Positions 57,901-60,000 of a stretch of DNA of 60,000 nt are shown one piece after another. Position 1 is the stretch's first letter. Each line of letters starts with the position of its first letter. The notes under the pieces were generated by a model that saw only the letters and a list, made by a program, of their open reading frames with translations, was not told the DNA's origin and did not search any database. A program made the position numbers and the translations under genes. Origin of the DNA: Callorhinchus milii (taxonomy: Eukaryota); NCBI RefSeq assembly GCF_018977255.1, contig NW_024704742.1, forward strand, positions 126,606,001-126,666,000, given 5' to 3'.

Positions 57901-59789
57901 AACCATTCGATTTTAAAAACTGCAAACAAATCAAAAATGATTACTATTACTGCTTTAGTTTTTTTAAAGGAAAGAATTGCATTCAATACAAATTACCAAA
58001 TGGCACACTGATGTGCAGGTAATGACAAACCGCACACAAATCAGTTCATACACACAGACCAGAGCTGTGGTAACATTTCATGTTTTGTTGTACCTTCACG
58101 CCAGGCTCTCTACTTGTCCCGAAGTGTGCTACAATTAGATCAACAGCAGTGTTCACAGCCTTAACAAGACCTATAATAATAAAATAAGACAAATGATACA
58201 GGACTTGGAATGCAGTAGATTTTTTAACAAAAAAATAATAACATTAATAACCTAAAACACATTAATAACAACCAGAAAAGTATTTATATAGCGCCCTTCA
58301 CATGAGATAGTGTCAGGACTCTGAACACAGTCTATACTGACAATGCAATGCGGTGTTGGGGTGTGCTGCATTGTTGGAGATGCTGTTCTCTGGACACGAT
58401 GTTAAACTGAGATCCCATTTGCTCACTTAGGTGGACACTTAAGATCCCAAGGCACTATTCTAAAAAGAGAAGGGAGTTTCTTCTGGCCAACAATCCCCCA
58501 GGTAAAATTGGCTGTTTGTCGGATACTACTGTGCACAAATGGACTGCCGCGTTCGGCTACAAAATACACAGTCCCTACACTTTACAGCATCCAGTAAAGT
58601 GCTTTGAGATGTCCTCTCAATGTGAAGACGCTTATATCAAGTATAAAGATTATTATTAGTATTACTGGTTTTGTTGCCCATTACCTGGGCCAATAAAAAC
58701 GTGCGAGCGCACTTTTCCCACAAAATCTGTCTCAAACACTCAACCCCCTTCTACAAACCCCTACAAATGTGGTTTATGGCCCCTGGCCCTCCCGGCTGTT
58801 TACCTGCCTTCATTGTGGGCTCTGGACATGCATGCACAGTGCGGTGCAAGCGGCAAATGAGCTTCACTCGGAAGCCCTACCGTTCTGATTGTCTGTGTGT
58901 CTTTCTCTGTATGTTTGCGTGTGTGTCTCTCTGTGTCTGTGAGTGTCTGTGTCTCTGAGTGTGCGTGTGTGTCTGTCTCTGGGTCTGTGCGGTGCTGGGC
59001 CCTGAGAGCTCCTGTAGCCTCGCTGGTCCCCCCTCCCACCTCTCAAAAAAAGGGCCACCCATTTTTTGTTAAAGAAGCAATTAATATTTTTTTTGCAACA
59101 ATCTAATATGTGTTATTTCCTCATGTTTAGTTTTTATCAATAAAGTGAAAAAATGTAGGTTGGCAGTAAAATGTACCTCAATAGCACCAATCAACTCCTC
59201 GCCATTTTCTGCAAAATGCAACAAAAACTCCCCCACGATTTGGGGCAAAGATTTCCGCATTTTTCTATTGGCCCAACCCATTACTCTTTTCAGACAACCA
59301 CCTTGATAGTGATTTGCATGATTTGAATAGGGTTAGCATTGAAACTAATAACATTAAAACAGGAGTATACCATTCATCTTGTTGAGCCCCCAATCCCCCA
59401 CTCAAAATGTCCACTATTTTATTACATTATCGCAGGAATTTTAATCCCATTTCTCTTGTCTTTGCTCCATATTCCTTGATCTCTTCATTTCCCAATCTCT
59501 CTCTCTCTTTCAACATTCTAACAACATCTCAAAATATCTTAAAAAGACAATATTTTATTTTAAAAAGTATCTTTTTATATATTCAAACGCCAAGTACCTG
59601 TTTTGATGTACATATCATATTGTTCAAAACAAAGGTGTGTTTTACCTTTCTTCTGTAACAAGTCAATGGAGACACTTTCAGTGTTTCCATCAGGGGATAA
59701 GCAGAATTCAGCCGGAGGTTTCTCAGCCAGGGAGAAGTAATCTGGAAAGAAATCGTTGTAATAGCTCTGGAGCTGCTTGACTGACTGGC
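48791..59789 (-). CDS. RUSC2: RUN and SH3 domain-containing protein 2 (iporin), 3' part, 8 coding exons; 5' part lies beyond window end
   Basis: Exons 59646-59789, 58094-58170, 57373-57547, 56606-56711, 53621-53667, 52208-53174, 50157-50321, 48791-48971 chain in frame: [13 protein letters not shown]...[30 protein letters not shown] domain [11 protein letters not shown]...[23 protein letters not shown]-terminal SH3. Confidence 0.92.
49802..50090 (+). mobile_element. tRNA-derived SINE, long-spacer variant, 3' truncated
   Basis: Matches 10723-11092 in reverse complement. Confidence 0.82.
50157..50321 (-). CDS. RUSC2: RUSC2 penultimate exon
   Basis: cag|[21 protein letters not shown]...ETKAQHE(R)|gtagta; phases fit both neighbours. 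Confidence 0.85.
52208..53174 (-). CDS. RUSC2: RUSC2 large exon (967 bp)
   Basis: (D)[44 protein letters not shown]...[15 protein letters not shown]...[10 protein letters not shown]...WWGRLFGA...|gtgaga; includes ORF 52204-53070. Confidence 0.93.
53621..53667 (-). CDS. RUSC2: RUSC2 exon (47 bp)
   Basis: [15 protein letters not shown]|gtaaga. Confidence 0.92.
53868..54625 (-). mobile_element. L2 LINE 3' portion, relatively young
   Basis: CpG-retaining copy with complete stem-loop tail and (TTG)n. Confidence 0.9.
54960..55440 (-). mobile_element. L2 LINE 3' fragment
   Basis: Closely similar to 16862-17200; tail at 54960-55030. Confidence 0.88.
55586..55762 (+). mobile_element. L2 LINE 3' UTR and tail
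   Basis: Inverted near-copy of 53871-54043. Confidence 0.88.
56606..56711 (-). CDS. RUSC2: RUSC2 exon (106 bp)
   Basis: [34 protein letters not shown](N)|gtaagt. Confidence 0.93.
57373..57547 (-). CDS. RUSC2: RUSC2 exon (175 bp), start of RUN domain
   Basis: [58 protein letters not shown]|gtatga. Confidence 0.94.
58094..58170 (-). CDS. RUSC2: RUSC2 exon (77 bp)
   Basis: (G)[25 protein letters not shown]|gtacaa. Confidence 0.93.
58325..58660 (+). mobile_element. SacSINE1-like Deu-domain SINE
   Basis: aggtggacacttaagatcccaaggcactatt...ctgtgcacaaatggactgccgcgtt...(ATT)n. Confidence 0.72.
58804..59050 (-). other. RUSC2: Candidate alternative first exon of RUSC2 (codes MKA+G, ATG at 58813)
   Basis: acaATGAAGGCAG|GTAAAC, phase 1, in frame with exon 58094-58170; local GC/CpG enrichment; upstream boundary is approximate. 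Confidence 0.45.
59646..59789 (-). CDS. RUSC2: RUSC2 exon (144 bp)
   Basis: [47 protein letters not shown]|gtaaaa. Confidence 0.92.
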
Positions 59790-60000
59790 CTAGAACAAGA
59801 GAGAGGAGAGTGCATTATCTAAACCAGGGATAACTCCAAATTCATATGTAGATGCTATTCAAACAAAATACTCTGCAACAAAATATTAAATTTTTTTTAA
59901 AAAATGCCTTCTCAGAGTATAACATTGTGTTCCTTATTTTATCCTCAGATCTGAGGGAAATACAGAGATAGATTCAACTTATTACACTTTATATTACCCC

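Overview
Eukaryotic (vertebrate) genomic DNA, most likely a cartilaginous fish and probably a chimaera, judged from the L2/CR1 LINE and Deu-domain tRNA-SINE repertoire. Three spliced genes lie in tandem on the minus strand. They are the 3' part of RUSC2 (8 coding exons, 59789 to 48791, RUN and SH3 domains), a complete TARS1 (cytosolic threonyl-tRNA synthetase, 19 coding exons, 41048 to 19296, 2169 nt = 722 aa + stop) and the 5' part of NNT (putative non-coding exon 1 near 16354-16480 plus coding exons 2-6, 7922 to 1078, running off the left end). I traced every exon by hand: all have GT-AG boundaries and chain into open frames. Introns and spacers are full of L2 and CR1 fragments, tRNA-derived SINEs sharing the L2 3' stem-loop, pogo/Tigger-like MITEs and two large G/C-skewed arrays next to promoters. 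The most interesting observations are a candidate internal first exon giving a short NESCA-like RUN+SH3 isoform of RUSC2, ATF4-type CARE elements and possible alternative N-termini at TARS1, a 1.15 kb (GGGTGA)n array just inside NNT intron 1, compensatory covariation in the SINE/L2 3' stem-loop, and the RUSC2-TARS1-NNT adjacency. I found no clearly new biological system, and regulatory and isoform calls are inferences without transcript data.
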